Source: Perkinsus olseni (lineage: Eukaryota). From it: 20,000 bases of DNA. Position 1 is the stretch's first letter. Each line of letters opens with the position of its first letter. The stretch spans positions 53,280-73,279 of the forward strand of contig JABANN010000101.1 in assembly GCA_013115125.1 (NCBI GenBank), in the 5' to 3' direction. The notes under the pieces were generated by a model, which worked only from the letters and a program-made list of their open reading frames with translations, did no database searches and was not told the origin of the DNA. This document shows positions 1 to 9,443 of the stretch, piece by piece. Made by a program: the position numbers and the translations under genes.

Positions 1-116
1 ACATCCTGAGGCAGGTCCTCCCAGGTTAAACTTCGCCCTTTCAGCGGAGCAATGCACACAGAACTGTCGAAGCTGCTTCGACTGGTGGCCGTGGTAGAAC
101 ACGAAGAGTTGGACAT
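1..116 (-). CDS. 5' end of a gene running off the window edge; possible F-box protein
   Basis: ATG at 116 opens MSNSSCSTTATSRSSFDSSVCIAPLKGRSLTWEDLPQD(V), open to the edge. WEDLPQDV resembles the L/W-x-x-L-P-x-E/D-V/I start of F-box motifs. An AG acceptor (cgtcctag, 147) lies 30 nt upstream. Confidence 0.4.
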   Translation of the reverse strand, partial: MSNSSCSTTATSRSSFDSSVCIAPLKGRSLTWEDLPQD

Positions 117-269
117 CGTTTCACAACTGATAGCCCACTCCGTCTTCTAGGACGACGACGGAGCACTCCCGGTGAACGATAACATTCCCCCATTTTGTTA
201 TCACCGCAACTTACCAACAAAACAAGCAGCAGCACAGCAAGGCAAGTAACAACACCCTCATGGACATAA

Positions 270-1477
270 TTAGTCTAAAGACTTTAGTTCCTCAATAAGT
301 TCCCTCTGCCTTTCACTCATCACTCTCGGGAATTTAACAGCGAAATGGATGACGAGGTCTCCAGCCCCTCCAGTCTGCCGCGGTGCACCCCTCCCTAGGA
401 ATCTCTTAGTAGTCGCTGCGGTCACTGGCTCATCTATAGCAAGCCTCATGACCCTTCCCAAGGCCAAGTCGATAATCTCCAAGTTCATACCAAGGAAGGA
501 CTCCCATAGCCCGACTTCTTTCGTGTAATGCAAGTCGCCCGAACCCTCAGGACACAGTGAGAGGCCTTCCTGTGGTCCGAACCTCACTGTCACCAACAAC
601 GGGCCGGGCCTAGAAGCACCTGCCTCTTCCAGGCCCATCCCTTCGTAACTCAAAACTGTACCGTTGACTGTGCCCGGAGGGACAGCCACTCTGAACTGGC
701 GACCGCCCTCCAAGGTGATCGTCTGAAAGACGCCGTAACCGCCAGCCGCACGGAACTGCTCACTTTCACAGTCCCTCGCACTGCTTCCTGCAGAGAGATG
801 TCCAGCACATGCTTAACGGCCGGCCCTTGCGACTCCGCCACTCTCTTGGCAGCCTCTTGTTTCTCACGAAGGAGATCAGCAAAGGGAGACACGGATCCGA
901 AAAAGGTCTCATAGACTTCCATAGCGTTGACCTTCGTCGGGACACCTGAAGTAGCGTGGGACTGAAATCGGATGTCCCTGCAGATGCGCCCACCTCCCAG
1001 GGCCGTTCCTGGAACGCCATAAACGAGACCCTGGTGACCGTAACGATCATAGACGATTCGATGTTGGGGGTCACGGAGAACCACGAAAGCTTCAGCCACA
1101 AGTTGGAATTGGGACGTGGCATGAACTCGAAGGCGACCTGGAATTAAGCGGCGCGCTGGCCGAAAGAACTCTCGCTGGAGCCAGGAGAGATGCTACGTGA
1201 TTCAGTAACAGATGATGATACACCAAGCCGGAGGAGTCCTCACCTTCAGAGTGTCTTTGTGGATGCCATTTTATAGCAGCCAGGCGGTAAGCATTGCTTA
1301 GGTCATCTGAAGCAGACGAGGGTGGCCTAGGCCTGCCGCAGTCGTCGGCCTACCCTGAGTGGCCGAGCGTGGCACTCCAAGCACAGCATAGTAGTCCTGC
1401 AACTTGAGGCTCCTAGTGCCGAAGGGGACGTCCCCGACGGCCCCCTCGGTCAAGAGCACCTCCGCGGGCTCCGACAT
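270..1477 (-). CDS. DNAJB13: Type II Hsp40/DnaJ protein, DNAJB13/radial spoke protein 16-like (5 exons, ~321 aa)
   Basis: Exons 1477-1354, 1306-1244, 1137-994, 945-764 and 722-270 join in frame via GT-AG introns. J-domain [31 protein letters not shown]...VAEAFVVLRDPQHRIVYDRYGHQGL, then VYETFFGSVSPF and a DnaJ C-terminal domain (ISLQEAVRG, GDLVIHFAVKFP). No zinc finger. The subfamily call is from recalled similarity, not a search. Confidence 0.85.
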
Positions 1478-2568
1478 TGGATGAGAGGGAAAGAACAGGC
1501 TGGAACCGTTGCCTCAAGGTCTGCACAGGAGACCAACGCGGAGAGGTAATGAACCTGTCGCGCGCCACGAAATAAAGAACGCCGCGGATGCTCCCTCTGA
1601 AACCCGTCAGCTGAGCTGAGATGCCACAGCATGCTCGACCGTATCGAACCCGTATTATCGTACCCTAGCACACCTCATTCAAGTTGGAGTCAGAGAGATG
1701 CAGCTTTTTGGCCGTTGAGTCGATCGAGCCTCGGGAAAGGGTCCGAAGGCGGTCAGCTTCACCGACTCCCTGAACTCATGGGGAGGCGCGAAAATGACAG
1801 AATTGATTGGCAAATGGACGAAATGGGCTCCCCCCTTACCCAACTTCCCAACGTACCACGACTGCAACTACTGTTTGTCGCGAAAGGCAGCTTTATGAGC
1901 TGCTCTCGGGAACAGCAACGCCTGCGGTCGTGAGATCAACACTACTAAATCCCGTTGGGAATTTATTTAGCTTCACCAGTGGCCTGCAACAAACTTTACC
2001 ACGGCCACCTACTACCACATTGTATCCGCCTCCTAAGAACACTAAGGAAGAGGGTCAATACTCGATCGTTCCTAGCCTCAACAACTAGAAGCGGAAGCTT
2101 GAGATACAGTTCTTCGTAAGTAAGACGTGTGAACTTGCGTCGTATGAAAAAGCGCACGCCACAGTGATCGATTACCGCAGAAATGTCAAGACAACTACCT
2201 TCATTGCTGCTACGTACCCATCTTGCTCTTTGTGCGTCTTTGGTCATGGTACGTACGTTCGTCTTAGTGAACTCGTGCGTTCCTCGTTATGCTATGGAAC
2301 ATACGTTCACCCTAGATCCAACAACTAGATCAGTTTCCCGAACTCCTCTCGAGTCCGGTTTTACCTCTCTTTGAGCCCCGTCTCAAATAGCCACACTGTA
2401 CTGAGTTATAGTGCACTTTTGATGCTATCACTGCTACGCTCCGCTAGGACTCACTTCGCTCGTCCCAGCTACACGCGCATTGATTAGCCATGAATTGAGG
2501 GGAGCGTTGTGAGCCGGTGTGTGGCATCAGCTGTCTCGTTAACTCGCTACTCTAATAATCTCACAACG

Positions 2569-4308
2569 ATGCAGTCCCTCGACGACAGCACTTCAGCTAC
2601 GACGCCAACGCTTGTACGGCAATCACCTTCTAGAGAGGGAGACAGAAGGAGCCCTAAGAGAGTCGATGATGATGAATTCAATACAACAATGGAGATAGAG
2701 GTCGAACCGGTACTATAGGGGCTTACGGCCGTATGTTTCCGACTTCGGGTAACGCAGCTGGATCAATCTCACCTTCTTTTTAGCTCTCACCGGGCTCATT
2801 CCCTCTGAGCCACTCGAGGTCCCCAGCACCGCCGTCGTCCGATCTGGTGACCCCACTCAATAGAAGCAGAACCAATTCCAAGATGTCACCCACTGGCCGT
2901 ACCACTGCTGCAGGAGGCGTCGGGTCGTTGTACGGTGGTAGTCCTAATACTAGTGCAGGGTGGCCCTCCCCTCTCCCACTTCGTAGTATCTCTTTCGGTG
3001 GTGCTGGGGATATCATTAATCAGCAAGGAGCCCTACCTCATTCTGGGACCGGTAAAAGGTCCAATTCTAGGTCGGGGTTCCGTATATTCTGTCGTGTCGA
3101 TTGCCGCGCGTCACCCCACAGACCGATCCCTTCTAGAGAGGCTGTTTGTAATTACTTCAGCCGTTTCGGTGCCATATTGGATTGCTATCTACCGGAGTCT
3201 GCAACGAATGTGGCATACGTATGCTTTGAAGACAGCCATTCTCTCGAGGACGTTATGGCCCAGGAGCAACCCCATGTTGTGGAGGGGACCCAATTGACTG
3301 TGACCAGGGCGCAGCCTCGTCCGGACTACTCTGTCAATACTGATAGGATTTTCGTAAAACACGTACCGGACAACGCAACCAGAATGGACCTGCGCACCTA
3401 CTTTAATAGCTTCGGCGAAGTCACTGACGTCTACATCCCGAAGGATAAGGCCACTGGTGCCCAGCGTCGCTTCGCCTTCGTCACTTTCCGCGATGTTCGT
3501 TCGGCCAGAGCAGCACTGGGGGCTGGTAGGCATGTTCTGCAAGATCAGGAGGTCCAGGTCATGCCCGCCGAGGCTCGGCCACAATCGACAACATCAACGA
3601 CTGCGACGCCGACAATGGTTGGTCACAACTCACCAACTTCCCGTCCGTCGCCTGGTATGGAACCACGTAACCGAACTGTTAGAAGCCAAACTGATTCGAT
3701 CCTACTTCCATCTTCTATAAACAGCAACGGCGCAAGGCTATCGACGCCGTTGGTCCCTTACTTGCCTCCCCCTGATTCGGATCGGTTCAACTCCCTCGAT
3801 GAAGGCGGCCTCGACCCTATACAGAGATGGGGACTATCGGACTCGGCGGGGGTAGAAGAGATCACCAGAAATGGTCACAAGCACGACGTATGCGATGAAG
3901 TTGATGCTCACATGGCGGCCTTGGCCTCCTCGGTGAGCAACCTGCTGGACAGCAGCCCAAGTAGCGTTGGAGACGGCAGCAGTAGAGGCAACACTAGCCC
4001 TGAGAATGTCTTGAAGGAATGTCTCAAAAAGGCAGCTGATGGAGAAGATCGGGTGAGAAACCGCTGTCGGAAGTATCTTCGTCGCCTTGTGCGTTGTGTG
4101 TCACCACTGCACTTGTAGCACTTAGTAGAATGCTTGACAGTCTTATGTTCTCCCTCAGGCCACGCGACGCTCTCTGGAGTCGCCATTCGCCAATGTCATG
4201 TCGCCGTTGTTGAGCTACGAGGAATTCGTACCTGCCAGACTACCGCCAGCTGTTATCCGTGATGATCGCCGAACCCCTCCCGTGTCGAGATCGTCATTCG
4301 TCCTCTAG
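2569..4308 (+). CDS. RNA-binding protein with two RRM domains (hnRNP A1/Musashi/TDP-43-like) and Ser/Pro/Thr-rich disordered flanks (~519 aa)
   Basis: Exons 2569-2709, 2784-4052 and 4159-4308 are in frame. RRM1 FRIFCRV...YFSRFGAILDCYLP...AYVCF; RRM2 RIFVKHVP...YFNSFGEVTDVYIPKD...RRFAFVTF (RNP1). The last exon is inferred; the unspliced ORF would stop at 4118. Confidence 0.85.
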
Positions 4309-4329
4309 GAGGCAGGGCCGAGACATGGC

Positions 4330-4620
4330 AGCCCTTGATTGTCGTCGATTACTGTTAGACTGTTTCATGATAATGTTGGGAAGGGTATAATAACGATAAT
4401 AATAGTAGTACTAGCAAGTATGACGGCTACTGAATAGTAGAAATCTGATGTCATCATTTGTCTGTCGTCGTCGTTGCTAAGTAACTTCATTGCTACTACC
4501 GTTTGAATGTTATCCAACTGATAGTCATCTCCTTCATCCTACTAGTAATACTATCCTACTTGTCGCTGGGCAGCTTGTCTTGTCGACTACCTCGCCGTGG
4601 TACAGTAGGGTGTTGCAGGA
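4330..4620 (+). other. AT-richer low-complexity tract, probable 3' UTR of the RRM gene
   Basis: Short (aat)n, (tag)n, (cta)n and (gtc)n runs, frequent stops and no ORF in the track directly after the RRM stop. Confidence 0.45.
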
Positions 4621-4887
4621 TTTTTTCGTCACCTAGATTGACCATTGATGATACCCAGGCTTGCTGTCGTTTGAGATAGCAAGCCTCACTGATGTCTCAC
4701 TGTCATTGCTGCCAGTCACACTGTTCTCATAAACATAATATCATTTTCGTTTTAGACTCGGCAGCAGCGTTGGTCTAGAATCGTCCGTTATCCTCAAACT
4801 CTCTGTTCGGTGGCTGCTTGTATGAGTACCAACCTTTCTTGTTATGGGTTGGTTCACGTCATCAGTCGCTTACTAAAGCTGCTATTG

Positions 4888-5297
4888 TCACTGCCGCTGC
4901 TGAGCCCTCGCCCTGAGACCATTGGTCCCGAGTCTGGGACCATGTATACGAACTCAGTCGGCCGGGATTTACCGAAGGCTCTTGCTGCTTGTAGTCGTCA
5001 TTGCTGTGATGAGGTCGCACTCGGTTGTTGTAGCGTGATCATCATCAAAACGCTGAAGAAGGCACTGACTAGCCGATGACGTTGAGAGTTTGCGAATTCT
5101 TCCGAACTGATGAGGCTTACCACCAACGGTCGTCGTCGCCATAAATTCATTCTCATTATCAAGTGTATGCCGTCTTGGCATCTCTCTCCACCATCTCCGT
5201 CCGCCATAAAGGATGATGTAATATATGGTGTTGATGATATACTCTGTCGGCTGTACTTCGGTGTCCTTTCACGGTGTTGTGGCCCTGAACGGGTCAT
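4888..5297 (-). CDS. Possible small spliced orphan ORF (~93 aa) or non-coding spliced transcript
   Basis: Two typical-size GT-AG introns (5120-5053 gtaagc...cttcag; 4972-4913 gtaaat...tctcag) join ORFs 4998..5297 and 4969..5181 in frame. No recognisable domain. Confidence 0.2.
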
Positions 5298-5819
5298 GTA
5301 TGGTATCCGTGATTCCGTGAGGCAATTGATAGTAGAATTTTATGTAGTAATTTCAAGCGGTAGAAAGAGCTATCTTAATAATTCTGTTGTACCATCCTTC
5401 GTATGCTGCTGCGATTCGGACTGAATCCTTCACACTTGTTAGACTATCTCATCGTCTCCTTTTGTGTAGAAGTGCCTGTAGTCAGTGGCAGTCAAAGACA
5501 ATACGACGGAGTAGTACAAGTGAACCATTTCCCGCATAATCTCATCTTACTATGCGTCATTATCTTCATCATCTGTTTTGGTACTGCCACATCGGTTTCA
5601 CCCCATCAGCATTGCGTTAAACAGTACAAGGGCGTGGGAGTTCCTCGAGAGATCGGGAAGGTGCATGAGACCTCATCGTCAAGGGATGCTTCTGATATTC
5701 TCTCGGGCGAGTAGTTCACCTGAGCTCCCACGAGTGAATTCTCTTCAAGCTTGCGACGATGCCCGTTGACGAGGGTGTGATTTCAGTCGTAGGTGCTTGA
5801 GTCTCACTGCTAGTCGACA

Positions 5820-6731
5820 ATGCCAGTAGACCCAGAGTTCCTTCTTGGGCATGCAGCCGTCGAAAGACGTCGTGCGAGGAAGAGACGGTCCTATCGACGT
5901 CTCGCTTGGCGCTGCAGCTGCCTGGTTTTGGTGGCTCTAGCGGTTGTCTGTATTGGTGGCTTGGGTGCTGCAGTCACACAAGCACTACATGCCCACTATG
6001 TTGAGCTGGTGGACAAGAGGAATGTCACTGCTTCTACCATACAGTACACGATAGACTACCCTTCCCAGGACAATATTCATCCAGGTCAGTGGATCAAGTA
6101 CGAGGCGCCCTCTGAGCGAACTCGAAACTATTCACCAGTTGCTACTGATGATGGGCAGGCAACTATGCTGGCTGTCAAGGTGCTCAGCGGTGTGTCACTG
6201 GAAATGGCTCAGGATGTTTGGCCTGGTTCCTTGATGCACATCTATGGTCCTCTGCCTCCTCTCCCTGCCATCCTCCGCAGCTTGGATACATCCGCCGCCA
6301 GAGTCGGCTTCTTCTGTTTTGGTGGTGCTATTACTGCCTGTGTGGACCCCATCAGGGCCCTTCTGAACCACGGCGCTGAGGTCCGTCTGCTATACTTCAA
6401 CAAGGGACCCGAGCAAGTCTTATTCCGGCGCCAACTTGATGGTTTGAAGGCCCTCTATCCAGAGAAGTATCGAGTCCACTACGTATACACCCGCCCTGGC
6501 GAGAAGGCTGACAGCCCTGGGGAGTGGACGGGTCGCTTAAACTCCGACATGGTCGCTGATATCTTCAGTGACTGGTACGACTTCCCTGCGCGTTTCGAGT
6601 CTGCAGGTAGTGCGAGCGCTAAGAGCCTCGCACGACAGCTTGTGTCTTCCGCCAATCACACAGGCCATTGGAAGGACAGAGTATATGATATGCCTTTGGG
6701 GGAATGGCTCGGGGAGACACTATGGGAATGA
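5820..6731 (+). CDS. Membrane-anchored FNR-family oxidoreductase-like protein (NADH-cytochrome b5 reductase-like), divergent, intronless
   Basis: Single 303-aa ORF: basic stretch plus hydrophobic helix (LVLVALAVVCIGGLGAAV), FAD motif RNYSPV (RxY[ST]P), GQW, and an NAD-domain-like segment LLYFNKGPEQVLFRRQLDGL...YPEKYRVHYVYTRP...WTGRLNSDMV. Confidence 0.75.
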   Translation: MPVDPEFLLGHAAVERRRARKRRSYRRLAWRCSCLVLVALAVVCIGGLGAAVTQALHAHYVELVDKRNVTASTIQYTIDYPSQDNIHPGQWIKYEAPSERTRNYSPVATDDGQATMLAVKVLSGVSLEMAQDVWPGSLMHIYGPLPPLPAILRSLDTSAARVGFFCFGGAITACVDPIRALLNHGAEVRLLYFNKGPEQVLFRRQLDGLKALYPEKYRVHYVYTRPGEKADSPGEWTGRLNSDMVADIFSDWYDFPARFESAGSASAKSLARQLVSSANHTGHWKDRVYDMPLGEWLGETLWE

Positions 6732-6932
6732 CGCTATCAGTGATTCTATGCTACTCAATGATGGTTTTGCGTTATGGGACTAGTTCACATTCACCCGAAT
6801 AGGTGGGCATTGCCGGTTGTTGTTTCGTGAGTTCAGTGTGCACTAGGCCGTAACTCAGAGACTTCCATCTACTTGAAAAAATCGAATCCACTAACATGTC
6901 AAAAACAGCCGTTGAACTGAAAGCGGGGGCCG

Positions 6933-8399
6933 TCACTCGATGGTCAGAATGTGATCGGCCGCAGTTAGTCTAGGCCAGGTGGTTACTGCGGTCTCCATGA
7001 CTTTGCGGACCTTGGTGATCGCCTGAAACAAAGGCGGAGTTTCGTCAAGTTATCGGATTCACACACTCACCTTGGCGATGTCGTCCGACGTTATGTGACG
7101 GTGAGTTACCGCCCTTATCGCGGCTCCACGTTCAATACAAATCATCTTTACGGAGACATCATCACCGCTGGCGAGAGCTTCCACCAACTTGGCACATGTC
7201 ACTCTATCTCCAACCTGCGGATCATCATTCACAGAGATGATTCGCTTCGACAAGGGCCCACCTTCTTATGAATCCCCCACCTAACCATGTTAGAATCCAC
7301 GGCCTCAACGTTACAGGCAACACCATCGATGCTGGCAAGGCCTTCCGCCAGCATCCTAGCGTGGTCGTGGTCCTCTGCCAATCTATCGACCATCTTATTG
7401 ATGGCGATTCGTCCACAACAAGCCACCACCCCGACCTGTCTCATATTCCCTCCGAGTACCTGACAGTCTGGCGTCTTCTGGAACGTCGATCACAGCTGGA
7501 TGACCTTGCGGAAACGATGGGCCAGAACCGCATCCGCCTCTGTTCGAGTGAGGAGCAGCGCCCCCAGTGGCGCCGAAAGGCCTTTAGATAAGCACAATGT
7601 AACCGAGTCGGCCTGCTCGGTCAACTCCTTAACAGAAATGCCTGAGTGAGCAAGTCCCGGGAGGCAATGGGGAGCCCACCTTCGAGTACCGAGTCTCACG
7701 GCAGCATTGAAGATTCGCGACCCGTCTATGTGTAACTTGACGTCATATCTCTTGCAGAGAGCCCCCAGAGACTCCAAGTAGTCCTTCCCGAGAACCTAAA
7801 ACGCACTGCTCGGATCGCCTCGGGAGACGCCCAAAGGTTTTACCCTGCCACCACACATGTTGTGTGTGTTTTCCACACAAACAGCCCTGGTGATCGGGTA
7901 GTGCGGCTCAAAGGGACGGATGGCAAACTCGACGTCCTCCAGACGTAAAGTGCCGTCAGGCTGGTTAGGGACCGTTCTACAGTGAGCCCCGGCTATGGTC
8001 GAGTACCCACCCTGTTCGTATCTGCTCACAGCGGCGATCACCTCACCTACTGCTGCTGCTGCGACTCACATGTGCATGTGGGCCTTGTCCCCGAGTATGA
8101 TCTCGCTGCCCCTCTTCTCACAATGGACCAGCATCGCCACCAAGTTGGACATGGTGGCCGTCGGCAGATACAATGCCGAGCGGAAACCGAACTTCTCAGC
8201 GGCCTCCTGTTGGAACGCATTCACCGTGGGGTCGAGGCCCCACACGTCGTCACCTGGCAGCAGCAGCAGCCGAACGCTTCTCCAGTACCGGACGGGAGCC
8301 TAGCTTACCACATTCCGCGTCTGCCATGGCACGCCTCATCTCGCTCGTTGGCTGAGTGAAGGTGTCGCTGCGTAACTCCACTGTAGGGGTATTAGACAT
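6933..8399 (-). CDS. ltaE: Low-specificity L-threonine aldolase (PLP-dependent, LtaE/Gly1 family), 8 exons
   Basis: Seven GT-AG introns give ELRSDTFTQPT, GDDVWGLDPT, YEQGG, VENTHNMCGG, LHIDGSRIFNA, the PLP lysine motif CLSKGLSAPLG, GGNMRQVG and RLAEDH. Stop TGA at 6935-6933. Confidence 0.95.
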
Positions 8400-9443
8400 T
8401 CCGAAACAAGAGCCTGGCAGCTCTAGAACCGTGACTGGAGCGTGCCCACTGGAGATGAGGCTACACGAAAAGGGAGCACACATACAGAGAATTGTGGTTC
8501 ATCTCGACCATGCAGGCCTATCGGTTGCTACCAGGTGAAACGGCTAAGGGATGCGCAATGATACTCACGAATCCCTCTGTAGCGTGGTTGCTGGTATGCT
8601 GGTTGTACCTGCAATCTGGTGGAGTCTCCCGTGTATTTCCACTCGTGACGACAAAGGTACGATCGAACGATGACTCCTGAATGTGGATTCATTGGGTAAC
8701 TCCGGCCCGCGAACACCAGGATGGCAACTGAGGTTTCAAAGGGCTGCTACTTAACAATTCTTAGTCTACCTAAAGCCGACTCTTCGAAGCGCAGCTGATT
8801 CCGATGAGCGGGAAGTTCCCGCCGGGATCGCGGCCGAGAGGACGCTGCGCAGGCGTCCCTTGCGCATGTCTACGGCGTCACCTAATGATTGGACGAACGG
8901 AAGTGCGGCTGCTGTTGCACAGCCCAAACTCCATAGGGAGGGTTCCTCCAAGGAAGCCTTTCTACGGGATGTAGAGCGCAAGGAACTTCCTTCACTGGAA
9001 CTCAATCTGTAATTATCATAGTGCTCCGCTGGCAGGAATGGACATAGCGGACTGAGCTACGCACAGGCGCAACGCATGTGCGTGGATCAGTCCTCAGCTA
9101 CGGAATCACTCCCGAACCATCAAGTTGGGATTAGGACTGATGCCCTCGGGTTAGCACATACCGCACCGCAGGAGAGCGAAAAAGACGGAGAAATATCTGA
9201 GAAACTCCTGAGATCGGGGAATGCTGTGAAACAACAGCGTCATGGTAAGAGGAGACATGCAGACGGAAGTGCCATGGTCACCATGGCATGGTGACACCGT
9301 CAGCGAGTGCGTTTCGACCATCGTTCATGATGAACGGTTCATCCATTGTTAACCTCAACACTCAGCGCAACAATAGCTGTTCTGCATTCGCATCACCGAA
9401 TGGCTACGACGGACACCAAGCAGGCGGTCCTGCAGTCATGCGG

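Noticed and set aside
216-261. Minus-strand MRVLLLALLCCCLFC signal-peptide-like mini ORF
   Set aside because: It hits a stop almost immediately whether spliced or unspliced.
1505-1520. accgttgcctcaaggt resembles the two ends of the Perkinsus/dinoflagellate spliced leader followed by GT
   Set aside because: The middle of the leader is missing, it is antisense to the adjacent gene, and the match is short enough to be chance.
1480-2560. Short ORFs in the divergent gap between the DnaJ and RRM genes
   Set aside because: No recognisable domains and no convincing spliced model; more likely promoter or UTR sequence.
9190-9230. ctgagaaa...cctgagatcggggaatgc looked like a TPP riboswitch core
   Set aside because: The conserved spacing and the P2/GAACCTGA elements are absent, and no thiamine-related gene is adjacent. 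A similar partial echo at the end of the GNAT intron fails for the same reason.
9270-9288. Inverted repeat tgccatggt-c-accatggca
   Set aside because: Short and isolated, with no TIR/TSD or other element context.
8490-9300. ORFs 8766..9005, 9076..9294 and neighbours
   Set aside because: No motif, no reliable start and no consistent exon chain.
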